Assembly: GCA_903919075.1 (NCBI GenBank)
Contig: CAIXGR010000082.1
Span: 2,778-66,777, forward strand
Source of the DNA: an uncultured Bacteroidota bacterium
GTDB lineage: Bacteria > Bacteroidota > Bacteroidia > Chitinophagales > LD1
Length of the DNA: 64,000 nucleotides
Direction: 5' to 3'
Under the pieces are notes generated by a model. It did not search any database and was not told where the DNA came from. It worked only from the letters and a program-made list of their open reading frames with translations. The position numbers were made by a program, and so were the translations under genes. How positions within the stretch are numbered: position 1 is the stretch's first letter; each line of letters opens with the position of its first letter. Positions 7,455 through 18,309 of this stretch are shown here, one piece after another.

Positions 7455-9245
7455 ATGTATTTAGCAGGAACAGGAAAGGGAGATATAACCGCATTTGTAA
7501 AAGGTGCAGGCTTGTTGGGTTATGGTATTTATTATAATACTATGGAATCTATCGAAACCCTGCTTTCGGCCAGGGCATTTGTGTTTGTGGATGATGTTGC
7601 TAAAACAAAAATTTGCTTTGTTAATTGCGAGCTGTGTTTTATAACCATAGCCATTAAAAAGGGGGTGCTTAAAACACTAACCCGTAAATACCCCGAATTT
7701 GGATATGATGAAGATAACCTGATGCTTACCGCGCAGCACACGCACGCCGGTCCCGGTGGTTATTCGTATTATGGTTTATACAATTTAAGTGTGCCGGGGT
7801 TTGTAATGGAAATATATACCAAAATTGTAGATGGAATTGTGGCTTCAATTGTTGAGGCTGAGAAAAATATAAAGCCAGCCGGGTTAAGCTGGTCAACCGG
7901 TGTATTTGCTAACACTGTTGATGTGGCATTTAACCGCAGCATAAAAGCGTATAATTTAAATCCCGAAGTAAAGGCCAAAGTATCTTTTGAAAAGCGCCAC
8001 CTTGCCGTTGATCGTGAAATGACATTACTAAAAATAACCGGTAATGATGGCAATGATATTGGCTCTATTAACTGGTTTGCCGTACACCCTACCAGCCTGC
8101 CCAACACCAATACCAAAATATGCTACGATAACAAAGGCTATGCATCAGATTACCTTGAAAAATATTATGCCGGTAAAGGCAACACCGGTTACCTTGCCGC
8201 CTTTGCACAGGGAAACTGCGGCGATGTAACCCCGCGCTTTGTTTTGCACCCTGTTTATCCTTTTTTACGCGGGCAGTGGGAGGGAAGATACCCTGATGAT
8301 GTTGAAAGCGCAAAATATAACGGAAAACTACAATTTGAAAAGGCGAAAGAAATTGCTGAATCGGAAAAGCAAAATGCTATTGCCGGTGGAATTGATTACG
8401 AATTGATGTTTGTAAATTTTACCGATGTAAACTGCGACCCCAAATTTACCAACGGCAGAACTGATGCCGAAACCGGTAATGCCGCCTTAGGGGTAGCATT
8501 TTTTACCGGTACTAACGATGGGCCTGCCATGCACCCGTTAGTAGCATTTTTTGTAAAGAGGATTGCACGCATGGTAAAATGGATTGAAAAACTAAAAGCT
8601 AAGCTGGGCAGCGAGCGATACAAAAAAATTATTGAAAGGAAATACCGAGTGCAGGGCAAAAAGGATATATTAATTGAAAGCAACGCGCGCCGTATATTAG
8701 GCACTAAATTAATCAACCGCCTGTTTGTGCCCGGTTGGGTTGACCCGGCGATTGCCACCCTTAAATATTTTTACAAAAAAGTAGGCCACATAAAAAAACC
8801 GTGGACGCCTAAAATACTTCCGCTTCAAATTTTTATAATTGGCGATGTGGCACTGGCCGGTATACCTTTTGAAATAACTACTATTGGGGGCCAACGCCTG
8901 CGCAAATCATTGGAAGAAACATTGGCGGCAAGAGGTGTTGCGCGGGTTATTTTGTGCCCCTACGCCAATGGCTATTCGGGCTATATTACTACTTACGAAG
9001 AATACCAGGCGCAAAAATACGAAGCAGGGCACACCGTTTTTGGCGAGTGGAGCCTTGCCGCACTGCAAACAAAATTAGATGTATTAGCCAAGGAAATGCT
9101 AAAGCCCAAAGAGGAAAGAAAAATCCCTCATGATGTAATTCCACCCGATTTTACCGAGGAAGAATTGAACCACTTTCCGTTTTACAAACGCGCCTGGTAT
9201 ATACGCCAGGAATTAATTCGCGCGCGGAGGATGGAGAGAAGGTAG
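7455..9245 (+). CDS. Neutral/alkaline non-lysosomal ceramidase family protein
   Basis: Motifs GKGDIT, ARAFVF, TAQHTHAGPGGYS, WFAVHPTSL and GNCGDVTPR match the neutral ceramidase N-terminal catalytic domain. No N-terminal signal peptide is visible. Confidence 0.8.
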   Translation: MYLAGTGKGDITAFVKGAGLLGYGIYYNTMESIETLLSARAFVFVDDVAKTKICFVNCELCFITIAIKKGVLKTLTRKYPEFGYDEDNLMLTAQHTHAGPGGYSYYGLYNLSVPGFVMEIYTKIVDGIVASIVEAEKNIKPAGLSWSTGVFANTVDVAFNRSIKAYNLNPEVKAKVSFEKRHLAVDREMTLLKITGNDGNDIGSINWFAVHPTSLPNTNTKICYDNKGYASDYLEKYYAGKGNTGYLAAFAQGNCGDVTPRFVLHPVYPFLRGQWEGRYPDDVESAKYNGKLQFEKAKEIAESEKQNAIAGGIDYELMFVNFTDVNCDPKFTNGRTDAETGNAALGVAFFTGTNDGPAMHPLVAFFVKRIARMVKWIEKLKAKLGSERYKKIIERKYRVQGKKDILIESNARRILGTKLINRLFVPGWVDPAIATLKYFYKKVGHIKKPWTPKILPLQIFIIGDVALAGIPFEITTIGGQRLRKSLEETLAARGVARVILCPYANGYSGYITTYEEYQAQKYEAGHTVFGEWSLAALQTKLDVLAKEMLKPKEERKIPHDVIPPDFTEEELNHFPFYKRAWYIRQELIRARRMERR

Positions 9246-9267
9246 TTACGATAACACGTCAATACGT

Positions 9268-11460
9268 TTATCGTATAAACAACAACTCTCTGTACTTTGG
9301 CAGAGGCCAGGTGTTATCATCAACCACTGCTTCAAGGGCATCGGTGTGGTTTCTTATTACATCAAAAAATGGTTTTACCTTATCGCAATAAGCTTTGCTG
9401 TGGTCGGCTGAGGTTTTTCCTTTGTGCGCATTTTCAAGCGCAGTATCCATTTTGTCAACGGCTTCTTTAATGGCGTTAACATGGCCTGCTATTTTGCTCA
9501 CTAGTTCTTTCTGCATTTTTGCCGAAGCTGCTGGTAAGCCAATTTCTTTAAGCCCCTTAACGTTCTCAATCAGCTTATTCATATAACCAAGCGCTACCGG
9601 TATTACCTGGTTAGTAACCATATCCGAAAGAATTCTTGCTTCGGTATCAATTTTCAATGAGTAGTTGTGGTGTAATATTTCAATACGTGCATCCAGTTCG
9701 CGTTCGTTATATATTCCGGTTTTTACCAATACATCTTTAGCCTTTTTGGTGGTGTAAAAATCAAGTGCATACGGCGTGGTTTTTACGTTTGAGAGGCCAC
9801 GTTTTTTTGCCTCTTTTTCCCATGCTTCACTATAACCGTCGCCTTCAAAAAGTATGCGTTTCGATTCGGTGTAATATTGGCGCAATACACGCATCATGGC
9901 GCCCTCTTTGGTTTCGCCGCCTTTAATTAGCTTATCTACTTCAACTTTAAAATCGAGCAATTGCTTGCCTACAATGGCGTTCATTACAGTCATCGACTGT
10001 GCGCAATTGGCAGATGAACCCACAGCGCGGAACTCGAACTTATTACCGGTAAAGGCAAATGGCGAGGTGCGGTTACGGTCGGTATTATCCAGCATTACAT
10101 CTGGTATCTTATTATGTATATCCAGTTTAAGATTAGCATTGCTCAACTCATCATATTTATCTTTCGCTACCCGTATTTCAATTTCATTTAATACGTCAGT
10201 CATGTATGAACCGATGAAGGCCGATATAATAGCAGGTGGGGCTTCGTTAGCGCCAAGCCTGTGGTCGTTATTAGCCGAAGCAATGGATGCACGAAGCAAA
10301 TCCGAGTATTCATTTACTGCCTTAATTACGTTTACAAAAAAGGCAAGGAACAACAAATTATTCTTCGGTGTTTTACCCGGCGATAGAAGATTGGTACCGG
10401 TATCGGTAGATAAGCTCCAATTATTATGTTTGCCGCTGCCGTTAACACCGGCAAATGGTTTTTCGTGCAATAGCACCCGAAGTTTATGGCGCTTGGCAAC
10501 CCGGTCCATCAAATCCATTAATAATTGGTTGTGGTCAACCGCTACGTTTACTTCTTCAAACATGGGAGCGCACTCAAATTGCGAGGGCGCAACTTCGTTA
10601 TGCCGGGTGCGGATAGGAATGCCAAGTTTGTGGCACTCGGTTTCAAAATCCAGCATATAGGCATAAACTCTTTCGGGTATCGAACCAAAATAATGGTCTT
10701 CGAACTGCTGGCCTTTTTGCGGGGCAGCACCGGTAAGCGTTCTGCCCGAAAACATCAGGTCGGGACGGCTATAGTAAAGCGCTTCATCAATCAAAAAATA
10801 TTCCTGTTCCCAGCCCAATGTGGCGGTAACCCGGTTGGCATCTTTATCAAACATGCGCACAATGGGCAAAGCGGCCTGCTCTAAAAAGTGCGAGGCTTTA
10901 AGCAAAGGCGCTTTATAATCAAGCGACTCGCCGGTGTAAGAAATAAATATAGTAGGAATGCAAAGCGTTTTGCCCTGACCAATTTCCATAATAAACGCCG
11001 GCGAACCGGGGTCCCAGGCGGTATAGCCCCGCGCTTCGAAAGTGGCACGTATACCACCACTGGGGAAAGAGGAAGCATCGGGCTCCTGCTGCACAAGTGC
11101 ATCGCCACTAAAAACTTCGACCGCGCCGCCATCCTTAGGCATAAAGAACATATCGTGTTTCTCGGCAGTCAAACCGGTTAGTGGTTGAAACCAGTGGGTG
11201 TACGAAGTAGCTCCCTTTTTCATGGCCCAGCTTTTCATACCGGCGGCTACTGCATCAGCAATTTCGCGGCTTATTTTGGTGCCGGTTTTAATGGCTGTTT
11301 TCACTGCTTTATAGGCATCGTCCGATAAGTATTCGCGCATGGCCGTATCATTAAACACGTTCGAGGCATAGTAATCCGATACTTTTGCACCTGCTAAGCG
11401 GTGCGATATTACTTCTCTGCCAACTACGGTTTCAACAGCTTTTTTGCGGGAATTTGACAT
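9268..11460 (-). CDS. glnN: Glutamine synthetase type III
   Basis: About 730 aa, the GSIII size class. Motifs YTHWFQPLTG, EPDASSFPSGG, GWEQEYFLID, RHNEVAPSQFE and NGSGKHNNWS. Preferred start is ATG 11460 (MSNSRKKAVE...). The track extension to 11541 is unlikely. Confidence 0.9.
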   Translation of the reverse strand: MSNSRKKAVETVVGREVISHRLAGAKVSDYYASNVFNDTAMREYLSDDAYKAVKTAIKTGTKISREIADAVAAGMKSWAMKKGATSYTHWFQPLTGLTAEKHDMFFMPKDGGAVEVFSGDALVQQEPDASSFPSGGIRATFEARGYTAWDPGSPAFIMEIGQGKTLCIPTIFISYTGESLDYKAPLLKASHFLEQAALPIVRMFDKDANRVTATLGWEQEYFLIDEALYYSRPDLMFSGRTLTGAAPQKGQQFEDHYFGSIPERVYAYMLDFETECHKLGIPIRTRHNEVAPSQFECAPMFEEVNVAVDHNQLLMDLMDRVAKRHKLRVLLHEKPFAGVNGSGKHNNWSLSTDTGTNLLSPGKTPKNNLLFLAFFVNVIKAVNEYSDLLRASIASANNDHRLGANEAPPAIISAFIGSYMTDVLNEIEIRVAKDKYDELSNANLKLDIHNKIPDVMLDNTDRNRTSPFAFTGNKFEFRAVGSSANCAQSMTVMNAIVGKQLLDFKVEVDKLIKGGETKEGAMMRVLRQYYTESKRILFEGDGYSEAWEKEAKKRGLSNVKTTPYALDFYTTKKAKDVLVKTGIYNERELDARIEILHHNYSLKIDTEARILSDMVTNQVIPVALGYMNKLIENVKGLKEIGLPAASAKMQKELVSKIAGHVNAIKEAVDKMDTALENAHKGKTSADHSKAYCDKVKPFFDVIRNHTDALEAVVDDNTWPLPKYRELLFIR

Positions 11461-11832
11461 GGCCTTATATTTTTTAAATGAACTGGACGAAAATAGTTGA
11501 CTGAAACGGAATAAAAAAGCATTTGGTTCAAATTTCTTCATATTTCAGTCCAAAAACTTTTAAAATTAAGAATTTGGAAGCATTAAATTCAATTTTTCAA
11601 TAAATTATACTCAAAAAGTGTCTTTTTAGGCTTTAAACTATAATATATACATAATTATAATTTATCGCTTCACTTAACTTATTCTCGCATTCTAATCCCG
11701 AAAGATTAATAAGTATATCAATAATCATGATTTCACAGTACGGCTTTTTCTTATATTCGTATAAATAATTTTCTAAATCATTAATTGTTGCCTTTAGTAT
11801 TTTAAAAAGATAATGGCCTAAAATCCCCGATT

Positions 11833-14130
11833 ATGAAAAAGCTTTTACTATCAGTTACTGTTTTATTAATGATAACTGTTTCCTTCGCACAGCCTATGCA
11901 TGTAAAGAAGTATAATTTTAACTCCTTCGGGCAGGATATGAAGATGGATGTTACTTTGCTTGATAAAGAAACCTCGATGGGGGCAAAGCGACATCCGGAG
12001 TATGGCATACGCCCCTACAATGCCCAGTGCGATGAATGTGTTGAATTGCTTGACCAACGAACCCGTAATTCGCGCCAGTTTATTAAATATAATAACAACC
12101 ACCGCACGTATTCGCAGCAATCGTATTTGCCGCTGCATTACAAAAAAAGCGAAAATGATATTTGGAGAACCATTGACTACCGCCTGCGCCCCGATGCCAA
12201 TAAGCCCGGCGTATACACCGCCGATAATCAACCGGTGCCTACTACATGCGATTTAAACCGCAAACTAACTTCGCTGAATGAAAATGGTTTTGTGTTTGAG
12301 TGCAACAAAGATTTGACCATGTATTTTTATGATGAGAACATGGCATACACCGCTACCGAAAAAGGTAATTACAACCAATATACCATAGGCGAGGAGGGGC
12401 TTGAAGTAAAAGATATATGGAAGGGCATTGATATGCAGGAAATTTTTTCCATCGGGCAGGTAAAATCTAATTTTGTAATTAATGCACCGCTACAATTGCC
12501 TATAAGCAAAGGCTGGATGGTTATTGAAGACCATTTTAGTTTACCGGTAGGTATAACTATTGAAGAATCACCCGCAGGCAAGCATCTTGAAAACGGGTTT
12601 TACCAGGGCGATTATTTGATTAAAGATATAACCGGTAAAACATTAATTACTTACGAAAAGCCTGCCTATACCGATGCTATTGCTTTCTCAATGCACGGCA
12701 TGTATAAGTTGTTGAACACCGGTAACGATTACACGCTGTAAATTTTAGTACCGGTTAACTGGTTAACTAATAAAAACAATACTTACCCAATAACTATTGA
12801 CCCGGTAATATTTGGTGAAACCAAAATTGGAAATTTTTTATCTTCAGATGTTCCCACAGCAGCTCTTGCATTTACTTCTAAACCGGCCAGCTGTGATTAT
12901 AGTATGACGGTAGTAGTACCTGGAAACAGTCAGTTGACGGATATATACACCGATATAGAATATAAGCTTACGCAAGATCAAACTTGCGGCGATCCTCCAG
13001 AACCAGCCCCGTATTGCACATATACGCAAGCAAGTATGGCAATACAAAACAATACATGTAACACTACAACCGGCCCCCTTTCATGCAATCCTGCGAATCC
13101 ACCTTATACCGGTACTTGTACTACCGATTCCAATTTAGTTCCTTGGGCGAGTAGCATACATATTAATCAGTATTTTCCTGATTATTTTTCGTGTATTGCA
13201 CCATCATGTCCTGATTTTCAAATTCCCTTTACATTAAAAAATCAGGATTCGATTTGTGGTGATGTGTGCGGTTATTTATGTGCAAGAGGCAATATTTGGC
13301 GCACTACGGTTTATGCTTGCCAGGTTGAGGGGTACATTACACCGGATAATTCAACGGTTTGTGCCGGCCAGCCTGATACATTTACGGCACATCCCGATTG
13401 TGGCGTACCGCCTTATCACTATGCTTGGTCCACCGATGGTGGAAATACATATACCACTATTCACAACTCCCCGAATTTTGTTGTATACCCCCAGCAGAAT
13501 ATGATAGTAAGTTGTGTAATATATGATAGTTGCGATAAGTTTTGGCTTGCCAATACATCAAACATAAGTATGCTTCCAACGCCAACTGCCGACGCTGGCC
13601 TAGATCAATATATTAATTTAGGAGGAAATATTGTTATTGGAGGTAGCCCAACTGCTAGTCCGCCTAATACTACCATTCAATGGACTGGCGAAAACCCAAC
13701 AGTGCAAAGTTGGCTTAGTAGTACTACGGCTCCTAATCCAACCGTAACTATTCCGCAGGGTACGGTGGATAGTTTTTATTACGTAGTAACGGTATCTAAT
13801 TCCAATTGTTATAGAACCGATACCGTTTGGGTGTATTCCCTTCCCACTGGTATTAATAATTTAAGCGATGATGGTAATGCAATCGCCATTATACCCAACC
13901 CATCCAACGGAAATTTTGAGATAAGATTTTCTTCGATTGAAAATGCGCCTCAATCAGCAATGCGGGTAATTGATAATGCAGGCAGGCTTATCAGCACCCG
14001 GCAAATTTCAGTCTCAACCGGTAAGAATATTTATTCATTCCACCCTGAAAATAAGCTGGCCACGGGCGAGTACTGGATTCAAATTACAGTGGGCAAAACA
14101 GTATTGAACAAAAAGTTTATTGTGTTATAG
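11833..14130 (+). pseudogene. T9SS-sorted secreted protein interrupted by one in-frame TAA (12739-12741); halves are 11833..12741 and 12904..14130
   Basis: Both track ORFs are in the same frame (coordinate mod 3 = 1). The 54 codons between them (12742-12903) contain no stop. The first half has a Sec signal (MKKLLLSVTVLLMITVSFAQ) and no sorting domain. The second half has no signal but ends in a type-A T9SS CTD (IIPNPSNGNFEIRF...YWIQITVGKTVLNKKFIVL). Confidence 0.65.
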
Positions 14131-14133
14131 AAC

Positions 14134-14169
14134 AAAAAAAGGCTCCGATAACTACCGGAGCCTTTTTTT
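14134..14169. terminator. Bidirectional rho-independent terminator
   Basis: AAAAAAAGGCTCCG-ataactac-CGGAGCCTTTTTTT between convergent genes. Confidence 0.8.
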
Positions 14170-14185
14170 GTTTTAAACGGTTTTA

Positions 14186-14734
14186 TTATTTCTTATCCTT
14201 GCCTTTATCTTTATCTGCCGAAGCATTCATTTCAGGCATTTGTCCCAACTGCTCCATCATTTTGGCTTGGTCCATGTAGCCCCAATGCTCGGTTATTTTT
14301 CCATCTTTAACGCGCAAAATATCTACGCCCTCTACATTTACTTTTTTGTTGGTAGCCGGCATATCGCCCATGGGGCCTGAATTGGTACCAGTCATAATTA
14401 CGTGGGCTGAAACCAAATCGCCTTCGGTAATCATAAAATCTGATTTGATACTTAAATCAGGGTAGGCAATATATAATTCGGCAAAATCTTTTTTCAACCC
14501 TGCAATATCGGCTGTGTAACCCATGTCTGGGCTATGATCCATAAATGCTGCGTCTACCAGGGTGTCAATCATGGCAATATTGTGTTTGTCGCAAACCTCA
14601 CTGTAAAACCGCTGTGCCACTGCTTCGGCTTTTGATGGCTCTTTGGTGGGCACCGGTGCTTTGTCATTACTTATATTATTACACGAAACAAGAATTGCTG
14701 AAGTGGCAATGGAAAGTATTAAATTATATTTCAT
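14186..14734 (-). CDS. SnoaL-like/ester-cyclase family lipoprotein
   Basis: Lipobox LVSC. NTF2-like pattern AVAQRFYSEV...FMDHSP...VIMTGTNSGPMGDMPATNKKV...ILRVKDGKITEHWGYMD. Confidence 0.7.
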   Translation of the reverse strand: MKYNLILSIATSAILVSCNNISNDKAPVPTKEPSKAEAVAQRFYSEVCDKHNIAMIDTLVDAAFMDHSPDMGYTADIAGLKKDFAELYIAYPDLSIKSDFMITEGDLVSAHVIMTGTNSGPMGDMPATNKKVNVEGVDILRVKDGKITEHWGYMDQAKMMEQLGQMPEMNASADKDKGKDKK

Positions 14735-14808
14735 AGTTTTTGGTTTTAGTTTCAGAAAGGTAAATAGTTTAATATGTAAAACAAAAAATATTTATACACC
14801 CAAATTGC

Positions 14809-15807
14809 CTATGAATTATGGGCGTGTGCGATAGGTTTACTTTTGCCTTCAATATATCCTTCCAGTAACTCAGCTACAATTTCCTTAACCGGACGAATGG
14901 CATGTACATATTCAATAGATGGGCCTGCGCACCACATAGTTTGGTAAGTTGCCCCAAAGGCTGCGCGTTCCAAAGTTTTCATTCCTTTATAGTAAGTAAC
15001 CATCTTACTCCATTTCTTTATTTTTTTATTGTGGTTTAAAAAACGTTCCACCCAATTTTGTTCGGTGCCTACTTTTTTTACATAGTCGGTATTAATTACT
15101 GTGCAGGGTGTGCCCGATAGTTTTGTAGTCATTACAATATCCTTAGCGCCATAATGCACACAAGCCATTTTATAATCGTTCGAAACCGGTGATTCGTTAG
15201 AAGCAATAAAAGGGCTGCCCACCGAAATTCCACAGGCTCCATAGTCCAGCATCTTTTTCATTTGTGTGCCATCGCCAACCCCACCTGCCGATATAACCGG
15301 TATTTTGCAATGTTTTTTTAAAGTAGTAATTAATAAACGCGGCGCTATTTTGCCTGCATGGCCGCCAGCTTCATTATTCACGGCAATTAAAGCATCGGCA
15401 CCCATTTCTTCTACTTTTTTAGCATGTAGCTCGCCAATGACATCACAAAAAACTTTAATGCCTAAAGGCTTACAAGCGTCAATTATTTTTTGGGGCGAAC
15501 CCAGAGAAGTAATTATAAACGGAACACGAAATTCAACGCAGGTTTTTAATTGTTCATCCAACCTCAAATTCGATTTATTAGCTATCAGGTTTATGCCAAA
15601 TGCTTTGTTGGTTGCGCTTTTTATCTCGGTAAGTGCTTTTCTAAAATCAGCATCGTTTCTGTAATTCAAAGCGGGTATAGCACCGGTTATGCCCGCGTGG
15701 CAAGCTTCAATTACCATTTGGGCGTTGCTTACCAAAAACATGGGTGCCATAATTATAGGGTAATCAATACCCAACATACTTGTCAGCTCGGTCTCAATTT
15801 TTTGCAC
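14809..15807 (-). CDS. NAD(P)H-dependent flavin oxidoreductase (nitronate monooxygenase / FabK-like)
   Basis: Motifs MLGIDYPIIMAPM, AGGHAG and ISAGGVGDGTQMKKMLDYGACGISVGSPFIAS. The start is uncertain: GTG 15807 gives MQKIETELTSMLGIDYP, while the track starts at 15909. Confidence 0.8.
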   Translation of the reverse strand: MQKIETELTSMLGIDYPIIMAPMFLVSNAQMVIEACHAGITGAIPALNYRNDADFRKALTEIKSATNKAFGINLIANKSNLRLDEQLKTCVEFRVPFIITSLGSPQKIIDACKPLGIKVFCDVIGELHAKKVEEMGADALIAVNNEAGGHAGKIAPRLLITTLKKHCKIPVISAGGVGDGTQMKKMLDYGACGISVGSPFIASNESPVSNDYKMACVHYGAKDIVMTTKLSGTPCTVINTDYVKKVGTEQNWVERFLNHNKKIKKWSKMVTYYKGMKTLERAAFGATYQTMWCAGPSIEYVHAIRPVKEIVAELLEGYIEGKSKPIAHAHNS

Positions 15808-16133
15808 TGTGTAAACTTTAATAAGGTAAAAATACAAAAGTAATGGCTGTAATAGCAAAGCTGAGTGCACAGGTTTTATACCCAGGTTTGGCACTTTACC
15901 CACTACCAAGCCTTAATGTCATTAAAATGTCATAAAAATGGTTTTCAAGTTATTGAACATAATATGCCTAAATTCAGTGCGTTTCATAGTGCAATAGGCT
16001 TAAAAACAGGAGAGGTAGCTGATTTCCGTTTTTTAGCTAAATATTTTGAAAAGAGAAAATAAGGCATATTTTTACGCCCTCATTTCAAAAAGATAAAAAA
16101 CCAAATTTTAATAACTTAAAAAGTAAAAAAAAC

Positions 16134-16943
16134 ATGAGTCAGGCAAACGCAACAACTCAAGAAAAAAGCGGCTTTAACTGGACCGTATTAGTAATTCCGG
16201 CGGCGTTGGTAGTTTCCGAACTGGTATTCTATTTCGTATTTGGTAATGAAAAACACTTTACCTCAGCAACAAAAGAAGTGCCTATTCCCGGAGATACTAT
16301 GGGTATAATATTTAAAGGTGGTTTTATAGTGCCAATACTTATGACCTTCCTGTTAACGGTTTTTACTTTTTCAATCGAAAGATTTTTAACTATCAATAAA
16401 GCTCGCGGAACCGGTTCATTGGAATCATTCCTTCAAAAAGTAAAGAGCCTGCTTCATAAAGGTGATATTAACGGTGCTATTGCTGAATGCAACAAGCAAA
16501 AAGGCTCTGTAGCTAATGTAGTAGTTGAAGGATTACACCAATACCAGGAAATGGATAAGAACACCGAATTTACACTGGAACAAAAAGTAGCTAGCATTCA
16601 ACAAGAGATTGAAGAATCTACATCACTTGAATTACCAAGCTTAGAAGAGAACCTTCCTATTTTGGCTACTCTGGCTTCGGTTTCAACGCTTGTAGCGCTT
16701 TTAGGAACGGTATTAGGTATGATTCGTGCATTCTCGGCTATGGCTACAACCGGTAATCCTGACCCTGCTAAACTTTCAGCTGGTATCTCTGAGGCCTTGA
16801 TTAATACCGCTATAGGTATCGGAACTTCGGCGCTATCAATTATTATGTATAACGTATTTACCAACATGATTGATAAACTTACTTATGGAATTGATGAGAT
16901 TGGATACTCTATATCTCAAACGTTTGCTTCAACCAGAAAGTAA
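16134..16943 (+). CDS. exbB: MotA/TolQ/ExbB proton-channel protein
   Basis: Three TM segments and the conserved C-terminal LGTVLGMIRAF...ISEALINTAIGI motif. First gene of the TonB cluster. Confidence 0.85.
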   Translation: MSQANATTQEKSGFNWTVLVIPAALVVSELVFYFVFGNEKHFTSATKEVPIPGDTMGIIFKGGFIVPILMTFLLTVFTFSIERFLTINKARGTGSLESFLQKVKSLLHKGDINGAIAECNKQKGSVANVVVEGLHQYQEMDKNTEFTLEQKVASIQQEIEESTSLELPSLEENLPILATLASVSTLVALLGTVLGMIRAFSAMATTGNPDPAKLSAGISEALINTAIGIGTSALSIIMYNVFTNMIDKLTYGIDEIGYSISQTFASTRK

Positions 16944-16968
16944 TTTTTGAGCAGATAAAACAATAATC

Positions 16969-17625
16969 ATGCCTAAAGTAAAAATTCCCAGAAAGAGTAC
17001 CATAGTGGATATGACTGCTATGTGCGACGTTTCTTTTCTGTTGCTTACATTCTTCATTTTAACTGCAAAATTCAGGCCCGATGAATTGGTTGCTGTTGAT
17101 ATTCCTATATCACACTCAACCAGTACTTTTGATGATGCCATTACCATTATGATTAATAAAGAAGGTAAGGCCTATATATCTTTAAAAGAATCAAAAACCC
17201 GTTTTTTGATGTTGGAGAAGATGATAGAAAAATATGGTGATACATACCCGCAATTAAAGACCTTGACCGATAACCAGAAACAGTTTTTCTCGCTTATCGA
17301 AACATGGGGAACGCCAATAGAGGATATGGGCAGGGTATTAAGTATGAATGGCACGCAATTGCAGGAATATCAAAAAACGCAAATGCCCGGTATTCCTAAA
17401 GATTCTATCCATAATCAATTAGGCGATTGGGTACAGGCTTCGCGCTATGCTACCGAAGGAAATATTAAAATAGCTATTAAGAGTGATAAAGACACCAATA
17501 TTGAACCCGTAAAGGAAGTAGTGAAAGACCTTACGGCTAAAGATATTCATAGGTTTCTTTTAGTTACCTCTTTGGCAGGTGGCGGTTCAAGCGCCAGCGC
17601 TGGTAACACAAAAACAGGTGAGTAA
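16969..17625 (+). CDS. exbD: ExbD/TolR biopolymer transport protein (long form)
   Basis: N-terminal DMTAMCDVSFLLLTFFILT motif and a single TM segment. Confidence 0.8.
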   Translation: MPKVKIPRKSTIVDMTAMCDVSFLLLTFFILTAKFRPDELVAVDIPISHSTSTFDDAITIMINKEGKAYISLKESKTRFLMLEKMIEKYGDTYPQLKTLTDNQKQFFSLIETWGTPIEDMGRVLSMNGTQLQEYQKTQMPGIPKDSIHNQLGDWVQASRYATEGNIKIAIKSDKDTNIEPVKEVVKDLTAKDIHRFLLVTSLAGGGSSASAGNTKTGE

Positions 17626-17661
17626 GAAATATCATTGTGAACTTAAAAGCGGAGAAATAAA

Positions 17662-18243
17662 ATGGCAGATATAGATACCTCGGGCGGGGGCGGGAAACAC
17701 AAAGGTGGGGTCCGATCCAAAAAAATGTCAACCAGGGTGGATTTAACTCCTATGGTAGACTTGGCATTTCTATTAATTACCTTTTTTATGTTAACCACTA
17801 CGCTTAACAAGCCTAAGGCCATGCAATTAAACATGCCTAAAAAGGTTGAAAAGGAAGAAAAACAAGAGATAGGTGAGTGCCAGGTAATGAATATACTTAT
17901 CGACACCTTAGACCAGGTTTGGTATTACGAGGGTTTGCAGGTTGCTGGGTTACAAAAAACAGACTTTTCGGGCGATGCAGGAATAAGAAAGCAGATACTG
18001 AAAATGATAAAGAAGGTGCCTAACGAGTGTCCATTAACCAGCAAAGGAACTAAAAGGGATGCTATTGTACTGATTAAAATGATGAAAGGTGCCCGTTACA
18101 AAAACATGGTAGATATATTGGATGAAATGGATATAACAGGCTGTAAAATATACGCCATACAGGAGCCAGACCCTATTGAAGTTGAAGCGGTTGAGAATGG
18201 CGGGGTAGTTAAAACCTTTAATAAGGACGTTGTCAAAGAATAA
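17662..18243 (+). CDS. exbD: ExbD/TolR biopolymer transport protein
   Basis: DLTPMVDLAFLLITFFMLTT motif. Confidence 0.8.
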   Translation: MADIDTSGGGGKHKGGVRSKKMSTRVDLTPMVDLAFLLITFFMLTTTLNKPKAMQLNMPKKVEKEEKQEIGECQVMNILIDTLDQVWYYEGLQVAGLQKTDFSGDAGIRKQILKMIKKVPNECPLTSKGTKRDAIVLIKMMKGARYKNMVDILDEMDITGCKIYAIQEPDPIEVEAVENGGVVKTFNKDVVKE

Positions 18244-18309
18244 AAGCAATTGTGGAATTAGCAATTTTCATGCATCAACCATTTAGAGACAGAAAAGAAT
18301 AAGGGCAAC

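Noticed and set aside
9896-10660. A 254-aa antisense ORF inside glnN, and similar long antisense ORFs inside pntAA (56074..56535, 56264..56710) and cysM (2357..2755).
   Set aside because: They lie entirely within strongly supported genes on the opposite strand. Their composition is Ser/Leu/Ala-rich, as expected from antisense reading, and they contain no motifs.
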